A DNA stretch of 64,000 bases. It comes from Geosiphon pyriformis uo1. Taxonomy: Eukaryota > Fungi > Glomeromycota. This document shows positions 13,892-26,987 of this stretch, in pieces. The DNA is taken from contig JAAOMT010000648.1 in NCBI GenBank assembly GCA_016748015.1, forward strand, positions 277,160-341,159. The letters are read 5' to 3'. Both the position numbers and the translations under genes were made by a program. The notes beneath the pieces were generated by a model. That model had not been told where the DNA came from and did not search any database. It worked only from the letters and a program-made list of their open reading frames with translations. Every line of letters starts with the position of its first letter. The first letter of the stretch is position 1.

Positions 13892-14570
13892 TTACAAACT
13901 CTCATTCGGAACTTGCTCACGGGAGGGTTATTGTTAAAATAATTTCAGGCCTAGCGTAAAATATAAACCATTTTTAATTCAATAAATAATTTAATTCATT
14001 AATTTTTCGAAAAAATGCTGAAACTCAAAATCAAAATATTAAAATTTGAGGAATAGCGTTTAAAAAATAGTAAAATTTCAATGTAACCAAAGGGTTCCAA
14101 AATTTCGGAGCTTTTAGTGACGCAGGAGTTTTTATAGCGAAAATAAACTCGAAAATTTAAAGCAATTCATTGATACAAATAAATAAAAAGATTTCAGAAT
14201 TTTCAATTGTTTCATGTAATGATATCCATTCAGTTGCTGCTGAAATTTGAATCAAAGACGAAGAATAATATTGAAGTTAGAAAAAATCCTTTGATACTAA
14301 ATTTATTAACCTTAGCATTCACTACGAATTTTATAATACGAAGAAAACTAATGGAAAGAAATTTTCAAGAAAATTAAAGTTAATACCTAATCTCAACTAA
14401 ATTTATAAAAAGGTCATTTACTTTGGAGTAATTTCCACTTTTAGCAACGGGTTAGCCGAAAAAGAGACAAAAGAAGCGTCAAATACCTGAATTATGAGAT
14501 ATGTAAAAGCCCCGATTAAAGTCGTCACGTGATAATTGATTTCGCAAATGTTGATTAAATAAATCATAAA

Positions 14571-16146
14571 TCAGGGAATAAAAATACTGTTTGGCCAATA
14601 CTCGAAGTGACATTGTCCCATTTTAAAATTAAGGTATGGGCCAACATGTGGATGAACCGGATTTTCGTTTTCGGCATTTAGTCTAGAGCCAGATTGTGAT
14701 TGAACCGAATTGGCACAGCTCTATAAAAGTGATTGCGAGAAGCATATTATACAATCTTAATTAATATCATGTTATAATTATAAACAATTCTTAATCCGAA
14801 TAACTTTCCTCACTCTCAACTCCAGGACTAGTGTCACATTTGTACACCGTATTAGCTGAATCAGCAATCCAATATTCTAATTTATGATGTGTATACCTGG
14901 TCTCCGAATCGCTGGCCGGCATTTGTACAAATGGATCAATTGTATGTGTAAAGCGATATATTTTAAAGTTTTGAATATTATCAACGTATTCAGCAAATTC
15001 TTTGTTTCCAATCCTTGGCTCTCCAAATGTGGTGATTATTATTTGTTCGTCTTGAAATGTGGGAATATTTATCAGCGCTAGACCTGCAAGCACTGCATAG
15101 GCTATAAGGATAAAGATATTGAACTCATTTTGGAATTTAGAAGAAATCTCAATAAAACACTTTTTATGATGAGAGAAGTTTATTTATACCACCGCCGAGA
15201 CCATGTCCAGTCAAAACAAATTTCCATTCAGGTCTTATTTTTTTTATTCTCACAAGGTTTTTTAAAATCTTGACTTGAGCACCATTAAATCTTTGATACA
15301 AGCCAGCATGAACTTTTGCGAAAGAAGAAAATGCAGCAGTAGGAGGATAATCGATTTGGCGGGTATTTTTTTTAAATTCAATTGGATGTCTTTCAACACC
15401 GAGAAAATTGAAAATAATTCGTTTCTTTTGTGGTTCCAATTGAGCAGAACCTGGAATGGATTAAAAACGTTTAAGTTTTAGAATCAATTTCATTATTCCC
15501 AAAAATGCCAAATGACCCGAAATTTACCTAAGATATCATTTGAAAACTTGGAGGTTTGGTCATTTAATTTTAAGCAATATGCTAATGCAGCCCATCTAGC
15601 ATATTCTTCTAAACCTTTCAGTTCTTCTATTGGCACGAGTGTTTTCAAAGTGTCTGTTTCTTGTGTTGATTCTACGGCAAACAATGAATTTATTTTTCCT
15701 TGTATTTTATTTGAAGAGCCTGAGTTTTCAATCGAAAGATTTACTGGAAATGCAATATAGTTAGATTTGTTGTCATTTGTGTAATTTGAGCTTGTAAAAA
15801 TCTCATGAGGGTAGTAATTGTCAATCCTCGAGTTATCCAAATATGAAGGTTCTTCGTTGAACGAGGACATTAATGGGACCAAGGGATCTACTGCGGTCAT
15901 TTCTGTTTCGAGAGAACCAATAACAAAAATTAAAAAAAGCATTATTTTTTCAACTAAAAACGAGTTCTGTCCTTGCTCACCAACTAGAATATCTTGATCA
16001 TAATCATTATTCTCATTTGAAAACTGATCTAAAATTTGTCGCGTTAGCAATCGTTGAACAGGTTTAGCTTGAATCAGACATTCATTAAGTAGGCCAAGAA
16101 GCAATAAATAAAGGATGAAATGTTTCGAGCCCCGCTCTAGAATCAT
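14571..16146 (-). CDS. L6: secreted class 3 lipase-fold protein, Ser->Gly (GHGLGG)
   Basis: Signal peptide. Probable in-frame 78-nt intron at 15980-15903. Exons continue to 15528, then 15450-15190, 15101-~14809 and 14720-14571. Motifs ALAYC, KVHAGLY, TFGEPRIGN, TIDPFV and PHVGPYL. The last donor is ambiguous. Confidence 0.85.
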
Positions 16147-17296
16147 TTTTATGGGGTGGAAAAATATGAAGAGTAAAACGAAATTTTAGTAATGTCTATC
16201 TTATATCAGTAAATGGAAGGGGTTTATTTTCGAAACGCGCTGATTTTTGTTTGCTTTCCCAAAAATACAAGATTTTCAGTGGGACTTGATGTGCGAAATA
16301 TTGATAAAGAATGTTAATGAAAATAGATTTGATAAGTATCTAATTCTTTTAACATAAAACTCAATACCTTTTAGAATAAATTTTAGCTTATTTATTTTTG
16401 AATTATTCAGAAAAATTTAGCTGAAATTTAAAATTGATAAATATTATCTAGATCTAATTGACAAAATTTTCCAAGTTTTTAAACAAAATATTATTATTTA
16501 TTTTATATTTAAAAATTTAAATAATTTTTTACATAATTAATTTCAAATAAAAATTTCTCAGCTTTTAATTTATTGTAAATATATAAATATTAATGACAAA
16601 GTTAATTGAATTTTTTAATTTTAACATTTTTTATAATTATTGTTAAAGATGCTCACAAAATTTTTTTTACAAAAATAGGCTTAAATATTAGTTCAATTTC
16701 TAAAAAATTTTTAAACTTGAATTAGAAAATTCGAGTTTTCAATACAAAAAGATTACTAACTTATTAAATGGCCATATTAATAATATTTTTTGAGAGACTT
16801 ATATTAATTCTTAATGAAAGCATTTTGAAAAATTCTCATATCTCTAATTTTTTCTGCAGAAACAACTATAACATATAAAAAAATTTACTATTTATTTTCA
16901 ATATAATAAAATTAAAATAATTCTTTAATATTAGTGATAGATTATAAATTTTGCAAATGGGTTATTTTTCAAAATACATTGAAAAATTGAAACTTCAAAC
17001 AGATCAAATTGATGTTGCGAAAAAATACTGTAGATCAGTAAAGGTTTATTTTGGTTAATTGTAACACAATATTATTTAATTGTTGGTAAGGTTTCATCCT
17101 AGTTTCTTCTTGAATGATTTGTTATCGTTTCGAAGTTGGAATGTTTTTTGTTTTCTGTGATCAAATTAAAAAATGTGGTTTTAGCATCATAAAGAGAATT
17201 ATCAAGTAATGATTTTATTTGATAGATAAAATATAAATACATGTACTTTACCTTGATTCCTACATCACAAGTGGCAAAGGATTTTTAATTTTGAAA

Positions 17297-18984
17297 ATGC
17301 TCCATAATCTTTTGACAATCAAGGTGGCTTTATTATGCCCATTTATTGTAAAGCTTTTGCTCATTTTCCCATTACTAACAAGGGCAAGCCCAATTGCCGA
17401 AGAATATGCCGAGGAAACACAGAATTTACTTTCACAAAGTAATGGTTTCATGAATTCAGAATCGAATTTAATTTTACACGACATGAATCTCGATGAGTTG
17501 TCATCATTTGAAAAAAGCGAGAAAGATATCGTAGATTCAGATGAGATTGAAGCCTCTATTACATTACCAGAAGTTTCACAAGAGCAACAAAATTTAAACG
17601 AGAATCAAAACCTATTTGACGAGGTGGCTAAAAAATTCGATTCACTTAATCTAATTCCTGCTGAAGGAGGTTTAACTGATGAATTAAGGGAAGAAAGTGG
17701 CTCAAATATCGACGAGATAGTTTCATATTCAACGGAGGAACCAATATCAGGACCTTCCTTTGTTAATATAAAAAATGCTAAAACAAAAAAAGGGATGCTT
17801 GACCATGCGCGTGATTTCATTTTTGATGTGCTACATCATCGACAAGTTTTAAGCAAAAAAGATAAAAATATCAGCGATCTACAACTCTATGCAAAAGTTG
17901 CAAACGTTCCTTATTGCCAACCATATAACCGAATTTCAATAAGCTATTTCGGTTCGTTGAATCTAATCACTTTAAAAAGTTTACAAGTTCTAATTCTTTG
18001 AAAAATTTTTTCATTTCTAAGGAGCTGAGCAAACCAGACAATCAAATGTTAATGTCATCGTAGTGACCTTTGGAGCCCATAAAACAAGTTTACACGATTG
18101 GAAACGTGATAATGTCGTAATGAAAACTTTATATCCAGCTTACGTAACAGAAAAAGAATTTCATCGAAAAAATTTTTTCGACTGGAAAAACGAAATGGTT
18201 CATGGAGAAATGTATCGCGACTGGTGCCCCCATCAAAGAGATTTTTTAAACGAAATGAAGAAATTGGTTGAGAAATATCCTAACCATGGCATTCGGTTTG
18301 TTGGTCATGGATTAGGCGGAGGTTTGTCTCGTATTTTCTAACAAATTTATTGTCAAATTTAAGCTTTTTTAATCTTTTATTTTAAATTCTCTTCAAAGCA
18401 TACGCAATATTCGCGATGCTTGCGTTCATAATAAATTATCCAAAAAGTAGGGAAGTAGCGGCTTATACATTTGGCCAGCCACGTATTGGGAACCGAGCAT
18501 TTGCCCGATTTGTCAATGAAATGATATTTTTGAAAACAATAAAAGTTTATCGTGCCACTATATTAGGTGACCCAATTATTCTTTGGCCTGATACATCGAA
18601 TATGTCCGAAACTTCCCAAATAACGCCATTTCAACATCATGAAACGGAATTCTTTATCGATGAGGAAAACCAAGTGGTTCGTTGCCAGAGTGAAAATGAT
18701 GAGGGTACTGAAAACAAGGTAAATTTTCCAAACCATTAAATGAATTGTTTTAAAGCTATCAAGTTTTTAGCGAAAATTCAATATTGTAGAGTTGTTCTGC
18801 TGGTCATAATCAACAAAACACTGTAGATAAAAATACTGGTCCATATTTTAGCATTCCAATGGGAACTTGCATCGAGCCCCAGTCCATCATAATTCCGGAG
18901 ACTGGCCAAAATTTCATCAATCATTATTTTTATGTTGAATCTAGTGATTATAAACACAACATTTTACATAGAAGAAAGTATTAA
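17297..18984 (+). CDS. L7: secreted class 3 lipase-fold protein, Ser->Gly and His->Asn
   Basis: Exons 17297-17951, 18022-18321, 18399-18718 and 18790-18984. Signal peptide ending ...TRA-SP. Motifs GHGLGG, YTFGQPRIGN, LGDPII and KNTGPYF. Confidence 0.88.
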
Positions 18985-20520
18985 TTTTAGTAAAACAGGC
19001 ATGTTTTTTTTAGCTAGAAGGATATTTATCAAATTTAGAGAGTTCGATTTATGATAAAAACGCAATCATCAGACATGAAACCTTTTATCACTCAGAGAAA
19101 AAGTGCGGGAACTTTCTATATACCAAAGATTTTATAGGCTTAATTTTCGAAATTAATTCTGTTATTTAAAAGGCCAAAGTCATTAATTTTTTAATTCAAG
19201 CCTTCTTGTTGAATTTTTGCCAACAGGTCAGTTTTTGACTTCATATATTAATAATAAAAACACTATCTGGGATGTTGATAATTAATGTTTCACATTTAGA
19301 ATTTCTCGGAATATTCTACTTATTACCTGTGAAACATATTTCAATACAATACATGTAATTTGAATTTGTTTTATTATTATAATTTCCGTAAAATCATTTT
19401 GATATATTGCCAAAAAGAAAAATCTTTATCACACATATTTTTATAAAGTTGAGGATTAATGTTCAAATCTATAATCTTTCTGTGTAAAATAAGAGGCCAA
19501 TTTTTTATTCACAAAATTATCTAAAGGTGATTGATATTGATTCAAAAATAAAATACTTTGAAGCAAATTCCTTTCCTAATGAGAACTCTTTTTAAATGTT
19601 GGCTTGCTTTCTTCCATCTTTTTCTCTATTCATTGAAAAGTGTCATTTTTTACTTTTTAGCAAATTTCATTAGTTTCATTTGTCATCATTGAATCAATTG
19701 ATCTGTTGTTAAAAGCTCTCTAATTTAAAATCATAATTTTAAACTTTATTTTCACTTGTTAATTTTATGCTAACCTATATTTACATATGTTACTCATTGA
19801 GAGCTTTGTTTTAATATTATTAAAATTTATTAATTTTTATTTAACTCAATTTACTGGAAAAAAACAAGTTTTAATACTTTAGGTTTTAGGATAAAGTTAA
19901 ATATTAAAATCATTCAAATATTATCATTGAAATGATTTTATCCTTAAGAATTTGCTTTTTTGCATTTCAGTTTCTGAAGATAAAGGTTTTAAATTTTGTT
20001 TCTACTTGTACTCATATGAGCAGACTTGGAGTCTCTTATTTCTTGAAGAATTTTCTACAAATTTGGTAATATTATTATTAAAACATTTTTCCGTTGAGAA
20101 TTTTTATTTGAATGAAAATTTAAAGATAGACTTTCTTTCAAAGAAACGAAATCTTTTAAAAAGAACATTTTGCTCGTATTAAAGTTATGTCAATTTCCCA
20201 ACAGAAATTTGCAATATTCTTTTTTATATTATTATTATTATTATTATATATAAAAAGTCATCTAATTCAAATGATTTAATATTCATTATTTTCGGAAATT
20301 TATTTTAAAAGTTTCAAACAATTATAAGAGGGTGTTCATATTCTAATCCGAAATGAGTTTTTATAATTTTTCCGATTAAAATATTAGACCCTAAAAGCGA
20401 ACTTATCGAATCCCAACAAGTATAAAACCAAAAAAGCTTTAAGCTTTTGGAGGGAAAAACTTTTTAATTGAAATTTCCTTTTCATATAAATACCAGCTAG
20501 TCGAAAACTGAATTTTCCCC

Positions 20521-22291
20521 ATGAAGTGTTTAAATATTAATAATTTGCTAAATTTCCAAAAAAAGCCAAGAGTTTCAATAACAGAAACGTTTCATGCACT
20601 GACCTTAGTTTCTTTCATATTATTTACGTTTTCTTTGAGTTACCTTGTCACTTTCGCATATTCTTCACCTCTTTTAACAAATAACAACTATGATAATCAA
20701 AGACGACAAATAATGAACCTAAATTTTGATTCTGAATTTCAAGATCCACTTTTAGCTTCTTCAAGCGAAACAGAATTCAATGAAAATTCTCAACAGTTGG
20801 AAACAATAGATTCTTTAACTTCTCAGTCTGAATTATCGAATAATCAAATTAAGCCTCAGGAGTTTAGTTCGAATCTTTTAGGAACTGAACAGGGAGAGTC
20901 GATAGATATGCAAGTACCTGATTTATTCGCAACAGCTGATATAAATAATAACCCTGCAAGTGGCTTACGTGAGTTATGCTGTAATGTTTTTATAATTTAA
21001 AGTTAATTCTCTTGACCATTAATACCTTTCAACTTTCAATTGAAAGAAACATCAATCGATCAAGATGTGTTCGATAACGGAGGGTCTAATCCAACAAAAG
21101 TTTCTTTCGAATTCGGAAAATGGACTGAAGAGCACGTGAAAGATGTTAATTTCGTTTCAGGGAGCGATGCGGTTGAAGACAATTTAGCGTTATATGCTCG
21201 AATGGCAAATACGGCTTATTGTTTCAAAGAAAAAGTCTCTGCAAGATATTTTGGTAGGTCATGACTTTTCTTTACCATTTAGTTTTTGACATTTTTTTTT
21301 AACGCAGAAAATGGAATCAACTATTTCCATTAGATTTTGTTTTTTCTCAAGTTTGGACTAAATTTCCCCTATCTTCTTTCGTCCTTAGTCAATGAAAATT
21401 TTAACTTTCGGTCTCTCGTAACAGTTTTTAGCGGGCTCGAATCTGACTTGCATGAATACCAGAGTACAACCAAAATTGATATAACTACATATCCCGAGAA
21501 TAACTTGCTAAAAGAACTTGAATTTCGTTCAAATGTTTGGTCAGATGGATCAAAGAATCCACATGTTCACACTGAAATTTATCGTAATTGGTTGAATTAC
21601 CAACCAGAATTTTTGAACCAAATGAAAATAATGGTTTCAGATAATAAATATGCCGTATTTCGGTTTGCTGGGCATGGATTAGGTGGTGGTATGTTGTGTT
21701 TAATTGTGAGCTTGATCTTGGGATCTTTTGGTAAATGTATTTTAATAATTTAAACGTTTAAAATATTTGTCGCAGCATATGCAATCTTTGCTACACTCAC
21801 ATTTATGGCAAATTACCCAAATAATGACGTGAATACTTACACCTACGGAGAACCACGTATTGGTAATAGAGAATTCGCAAAATTTGTTAATACCCTAATA
21901 ACTAAGAAGATGTTATATGTATATCGGGCGACAAAAATCAATGACCCAGTTGTTCTCTGGCCCAATATTCCTCTATCATCAAGAGGGGATATTTTGCCCA
22001 ATCCACCATTTTCTCATCATTCTACCGAATATTTTCAGGATGAGAACAATCGTGTTATGAAATGTAACCGAGGGGAGCAAGTCTTGGAAAATAAGGTTTA
22101 ATTCATTTTACTAAAGGAATAACTTGAAATTTAGAGATTGTGAAAAATCTTTCGATAATTTTTATTCATGCAAATATTTTTTTCCTTCATAGAATTGTGC
22201 AGCAGGCAGGAGATCTGCTTTCAACGATCATAACGGGAAATATTTCGGTGTTAAGATGGGTGAATGTGTGGAGTTTAATATTGGTAACTAA
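20521..22291 (+). CDS. L8: class 3 lipase-fold protein, Ser->Gly (GHGLGG), acidic propeptide
   Basis: Exons 20521-20968, 21047-21253, 21389-21688, 21776-22095 and 22193-22291. Motifs ANTAYC, YTYGEPRIGN, INDPVV and DHNGKYFG. Confidence 0.87.
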
Positions 22292-22693
22292 TTTCAAATT
22301 CTCATAAACTATTTAATAAACGAGTTTCTGTAGAAATTAAATTTTTTTCCATATTCTTCACGTTTTAGGATCAGCTTCAGACCCGCTTACTTTCGTAAAA
22401 TGAAACTATTTCAACATAAGATTATTTGGAAAGTAAAATGAGATATTAGAAGAAAGTCAGGAAAATTTTTAGCATTGAAAAAAAAGAACCGGTGATTTTG
22501 TTTTTATTAAGAGAGATATCAATAAAAAGCGTGTTTATACAAAAATTAGTGGGGAATAAAACATGTTTCAATTTATAATTAAATTGGAATAGGAAATACA
22601 TGTGATTTTCCTTTAAATATGTAAATTTTTTACGTTTTCATGGGAGTTTAGAGATTTTGATTGATTTTTATATCTTGAACATTGAACTTGAAT

Positions 22694-24336
22694 ATGCATC
22701 TTTTTATTCTCGATTTTTCATCTTTCAGATTACCATCATTGAGCTGTAAGGCTTTGATGTTATTTTTTTGGTTATTTTACGTATCATTTCCAATAGCAGA
22801 TTCAAATCCGATTTTGTTTGGAAGCGAGCTTACATTTGAGAATGAAAAAAAAATGCCATATCAAATGTCAGCAGGATCTGACATTTCCCCTTCTAGGAAA
22901 GATTATATTCCGTTTGCTAAACCAACTATAAAATCATCGAATAGTATTCTCGGCAATATTATTATTTCCCCAGATCTTGAAAGACAATCGGAGGATGAGA
23001 ATACTTTGAACCCAAATATCGACATAGCTCAGTCCCAATTTAATGAAGCATCGGGAATTTTGGGAAGAACTCATTTAGCTCCAAATCTTGACAATACATT
23101 CCAAGAAATAAATCTTTACGCTGAAAATAATAAAATTCAAGAATTTGATATTGAAAGTGAACTTCTTGAAAATATTAAAGAATCTATGAATCTTCGTCGA
23201 CGAATTTCTTCCGAAAATTCTCTTATCGCAGATTTCAGGAAATATGCACGATTCGCAAAATTTGCATATTGTATTTCGGAAAATTCTGCGGCATATCTTG
23301 GTAGAATCAAAATACTTTTCCTTTCCCAACGTTGAAAAAATGTTTTTTTTCATATATAAAAAATTCCTGCGAGAATTTTTGCTAATCGTTTTTCTAACTT
23401 TGCATTTTCAAATAGTGTCAAAAAAAGCAGAAAAAAACTCAATAATCGTAACATTTCACGGTTTAGAACAGGATTTAAAAGATTACATGTCAAAAAACAT
23501 CACCAATTTTGAATCATATCATGTATACGATGACATAAAATTTCATGACAAGTTTTCATACTCATGGCAAGAGCAAAAAGTACACATGAAAATATATGCG
23601 ACTTGGAGAGGAATACAAGATCAATTTTTGACACAAATTAAGGAGATTATAAATCTATATCCCGATTACCCTATTAATTTGACCGGTCATAGTTTGGGTG
23701 GAGGCAAGATCTCTGAATATTTCTTGCATAACAATTTTTAATTCATTAAAAGTTGAAAGATTCCGATTTTATTATTATTATTATTATTATTATTAGCTTT
23801 CGCCATATTTGCATCCCTCGCTCTCGTTGAAAATTTTTCAAATCATCTTCAAGTTACAGTTTACACCTATGGTCAACCGCGATTAGGCAATGATGCTTTT
23901 GCAGCCTACGTCAATACTCTAATGACCAGACGTAAAATAGAAATATTTCGTATAACAAGAGCAGATGATCCAGTGGTTCAGTGGCCACAATTACCAAAAG
24001 CTACTGAAAAAGGAGCAAAAATATTTCAATTCAATAGGAATGAAAATGATAATTCAATTTTTAGGCATCACGGCAATGAATATTGGCTTACAGAGAGTGA
24101 AACAGTTTATGAATGTTGGATGAGTAATGGTGGGGATGAAAATCCGGTTTGTGTTTTTTGGATTTAGGCCTTATTTAAAAGTTAAAATGTTTTAAATTGG
24201 ATATTTTTCTTTTTAAACCTTCTAGAATTGTGCGAATGGTCAAATCCCAGGTCCTTTCTATAAACATCAGCTTCAATATTTCGAGATAAGGATAGATCAG
24301 TGTGAAAATTTCAAGAAACTTGAGTTGAACCAATGA
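22694..24336 (+). CDS. L9: secreted class 3 lipase with intact triad (GHSLGG)
   Basis: Exons 22694-23300, 23416-23703 (GC donor), 23797-24146 and 24226-24336. Ser codon AGT at 23691-23693. Motifs YTYGQPRLGN, ADDPVV and KHQLQYF. Confidence 0.88.
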
Positions 24337-24988
24337 CCTACGCATAAAACTTTTTATTTAAGTTTTTAAAAATCAAACTTATATAATGGTATTGTATATT
24401 ATATTTAACCCAATTTATAAGATAAAAGAAACTACGTCACGAAAATTTACTAATAAATTTTCCTAAACATTTTTTAAATTAGAATCCTTAATATCAATCA
24501 AAGACAGGATTCAAGAAAGTACCCAAGGCTTTTTTTTCCAGTTTGCGAATAAAAAAGTATCAATTGCTTCTTTTAGTTTCAGTTAATATCTAATTTGTTT
24601 TACAACATTTTTTAATAACATAAATAGGCTAAAAAATTTCAAAAATATTATAATTTTTTCCGATAAATATATGATATTTTTTCTTTTTTAAAAATTCTTT
24701 TCTCAATGCTCCAGAAATAAATGAAAGAATTTATTTGTCTGGTTAAAAATAATTCAAAGCTAATATTTAATAGCACATCTTGAATTGGGTCAGCGTTTTT
24801 TTAAATCAGATAAAAAATCTCTGCCTTCAAAAACCATTATTTTAAATTTATCATTACCTAGCATTGATGAGAGACTATTATTCAAGCAATCTATAGATAA
24901 TCAGAGCTGTGTCATTTTAAAATAATTGACATGTCATTACAAACTTTTGTATGTATGTCGGTTTAATGGTGGAAAATGAAAATCAATT

Positions 24989-26987
24989 CTAATGATAACC
25001 ATTATTTGGTACTTCCTTTGGTGGTTCTTTTTTACGAAAGATAGATGGTAATTTGATGTTTTGAACCGGCGCTACATCTAGTGGCAACTTAATTTCAACA
25101 CATTTTCCCATTTTTACTTTGAAATATGGTCCCGTATGGTTAGCAAAACTTTTAGCGTCTCGACCAGTTGCTGCGCAGCTCTAAAGGAACAAAGAATAAA
25201 ATTTAACCGATACGAGAGTGTCTCAAAACAATAAATCTTAGCAAAACTGTTTATTTGAAAAGGCTTTTTTAAAGGTCACGAACCTCATTTTCCAATCCAT
25301 TATCTTCCGGTCTACATTCAAATGTGTTGTTGCCATCCGACCAGAATTCACTTTTGTGATGGAGAAAGGGAGGCGCATCTACAATTCCTGTAAATCTATT
25401 AGGCTCTTCAGAATTCGAACTAAGAGGTGGCCAGTGTATCATGGGATCTTGAGCAACTGTAGCACGGAATATTGTAAATCGACCAATATCGATTACAGCC
25501 GAAATAAAGTTTCCAAAATCACCATTGCCAATACGTGGTTGACCATAGGTGAAGATACCAAAATCACGGCGTCCCGATGATCTAATCACAAATGCTATTG
25601 CGGCAAAAACTGCGTATGCTACAGACAAAGAAGAGATTTACCAAAAAAGAAATAGTTGATGATTTTCTAAGTAAACTTGTAAAATTTTTCACATACCCCC
25701 ACCAAGTCCATGTCCGACAAATCGGATAGGCGAATTTGGATTTTGATTAGCGAGTGGTTCAAATGTATTGAAGAATTTCTCTTGATAACCCATCCAGTTT
25801 GTATAAATTTGTTTATGAACCTTTTCTCTCTTCCATCCATTTGAATACCATCTTTTATGAAAAGTTTTCTCCTTATCAATAACAGGATAACTCATTTGAT
25901 CGACTATCCCCTTTTTCATGTAATCTTCTAGCTCAGTCTCTAATCCGGCAAACGCCACAACAACAATTTTTTTTTTATTTTTTCGTCCCAATGCATTCGC
26001 TGGAATTAAAAAGATTAATCAATAATGTCTTGAAAGGAAAAAGAATTAAAGGAAAAAAGAAAATTCTTCTTACTATAAAACCGAGTTGAAATTTTTTCTT
26101 TTTTGCAATAAGCGGCGTTGGCCATATGTGCATATAATTTGAGATTAATAATTTTTGGATCATTTGGAAGAAGATAGGTTCTTTTTAACATGAAGTTCTG
26201 TGAAGGGTCTGTTTCACCACCTTCCATTCCACCTTCTCCATCACCACCTGGGATTCCATCACCACCTGGGATTCCACCGCCGCCTGGAAATCCACCACCG
26301 CCTGGAAATCCACCGCCACCTGGAAATCCACCACCACCTGGAAATCCACCTGGGAATTGAGCGAGAATTTTTTCATCAGATTGGGTATTTTTAGCTGAAA
26401 TTGACGTTTGGGGGTATGCGTCCTCAAGATTTAAATTCAGTTGTGATTCTTCGTCATTTTCATTTATATCTATTTATCAAATGACCTGAAGTTATTTAGT
26501 TTTGAAATCAATGTTCGGCTATGAGCTCACAATGTTATCAAACAAAACTGAAAATGGTATTACCAAAATTTGTGTCGAGATTACTAGATGCTGTAAATTC
26601 GAATGGATTTGATGATGATGATGATGTTTCTTCGATAAATTTAGAATTAATGTATGGCTGCGAGTCCATCGAGCCTTGATCGTACAATTCTCCATGGTTA
26701 AAATCACCTGCTGCGGGGAGAGCACTTTGATATTCTATAGGTATGGATTCCAAATCATTGAAGTCAAGTTCATTTTCATTTAATTGGCGTTTTTCGGTTT
26801 TAAATCTGGCCATTTCGTTTGGCTCTTTTCCCCAAAATGAGTAATTTGCGAGAAAATAGCCAAAAAATGTGACTAAAATCAGAAAGGAAATCTTTTGTTT
26901 TAAAGACCATTTGGCCCGATTCCAGTGATTATTTAATGCTGGAGATGAGGAAAAAACTAATGAAAGGGGTATCGACTCAGTTGGCAT
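24989..26987 (-). CDS. L10: class 3 lipase-fold protein, Ser->Gly (GHGLGG), with FPGGGG-repeat propeptide
   Basis: Exons 26987-26564, 26469-26074, 25999-25697, 25618-25284 and 25180-24989. Motifs ANAAYC, KVHKQIY, FTYGQPRIGN, AQDPMI and NHTGPYF. Confidence 0.87.
26235..26357 (-). repeat. 18-bp coding tandem repeat encoding FPGG(FPGGGG)4(IPGGDG)2
   Basis: Repeated CCACCGCCTGGAAAT-type units on the + strand, in frame within L10 exon 2. Confidence 0.85.

Noticed and set aside
26185-26427. His-rich (+) and VVDFQ-repeat (-) ORFs
   Set aside because: Alternative frames of the L10 FPGGGG repeat; only the Gly-rich frame joins the lipase exons.
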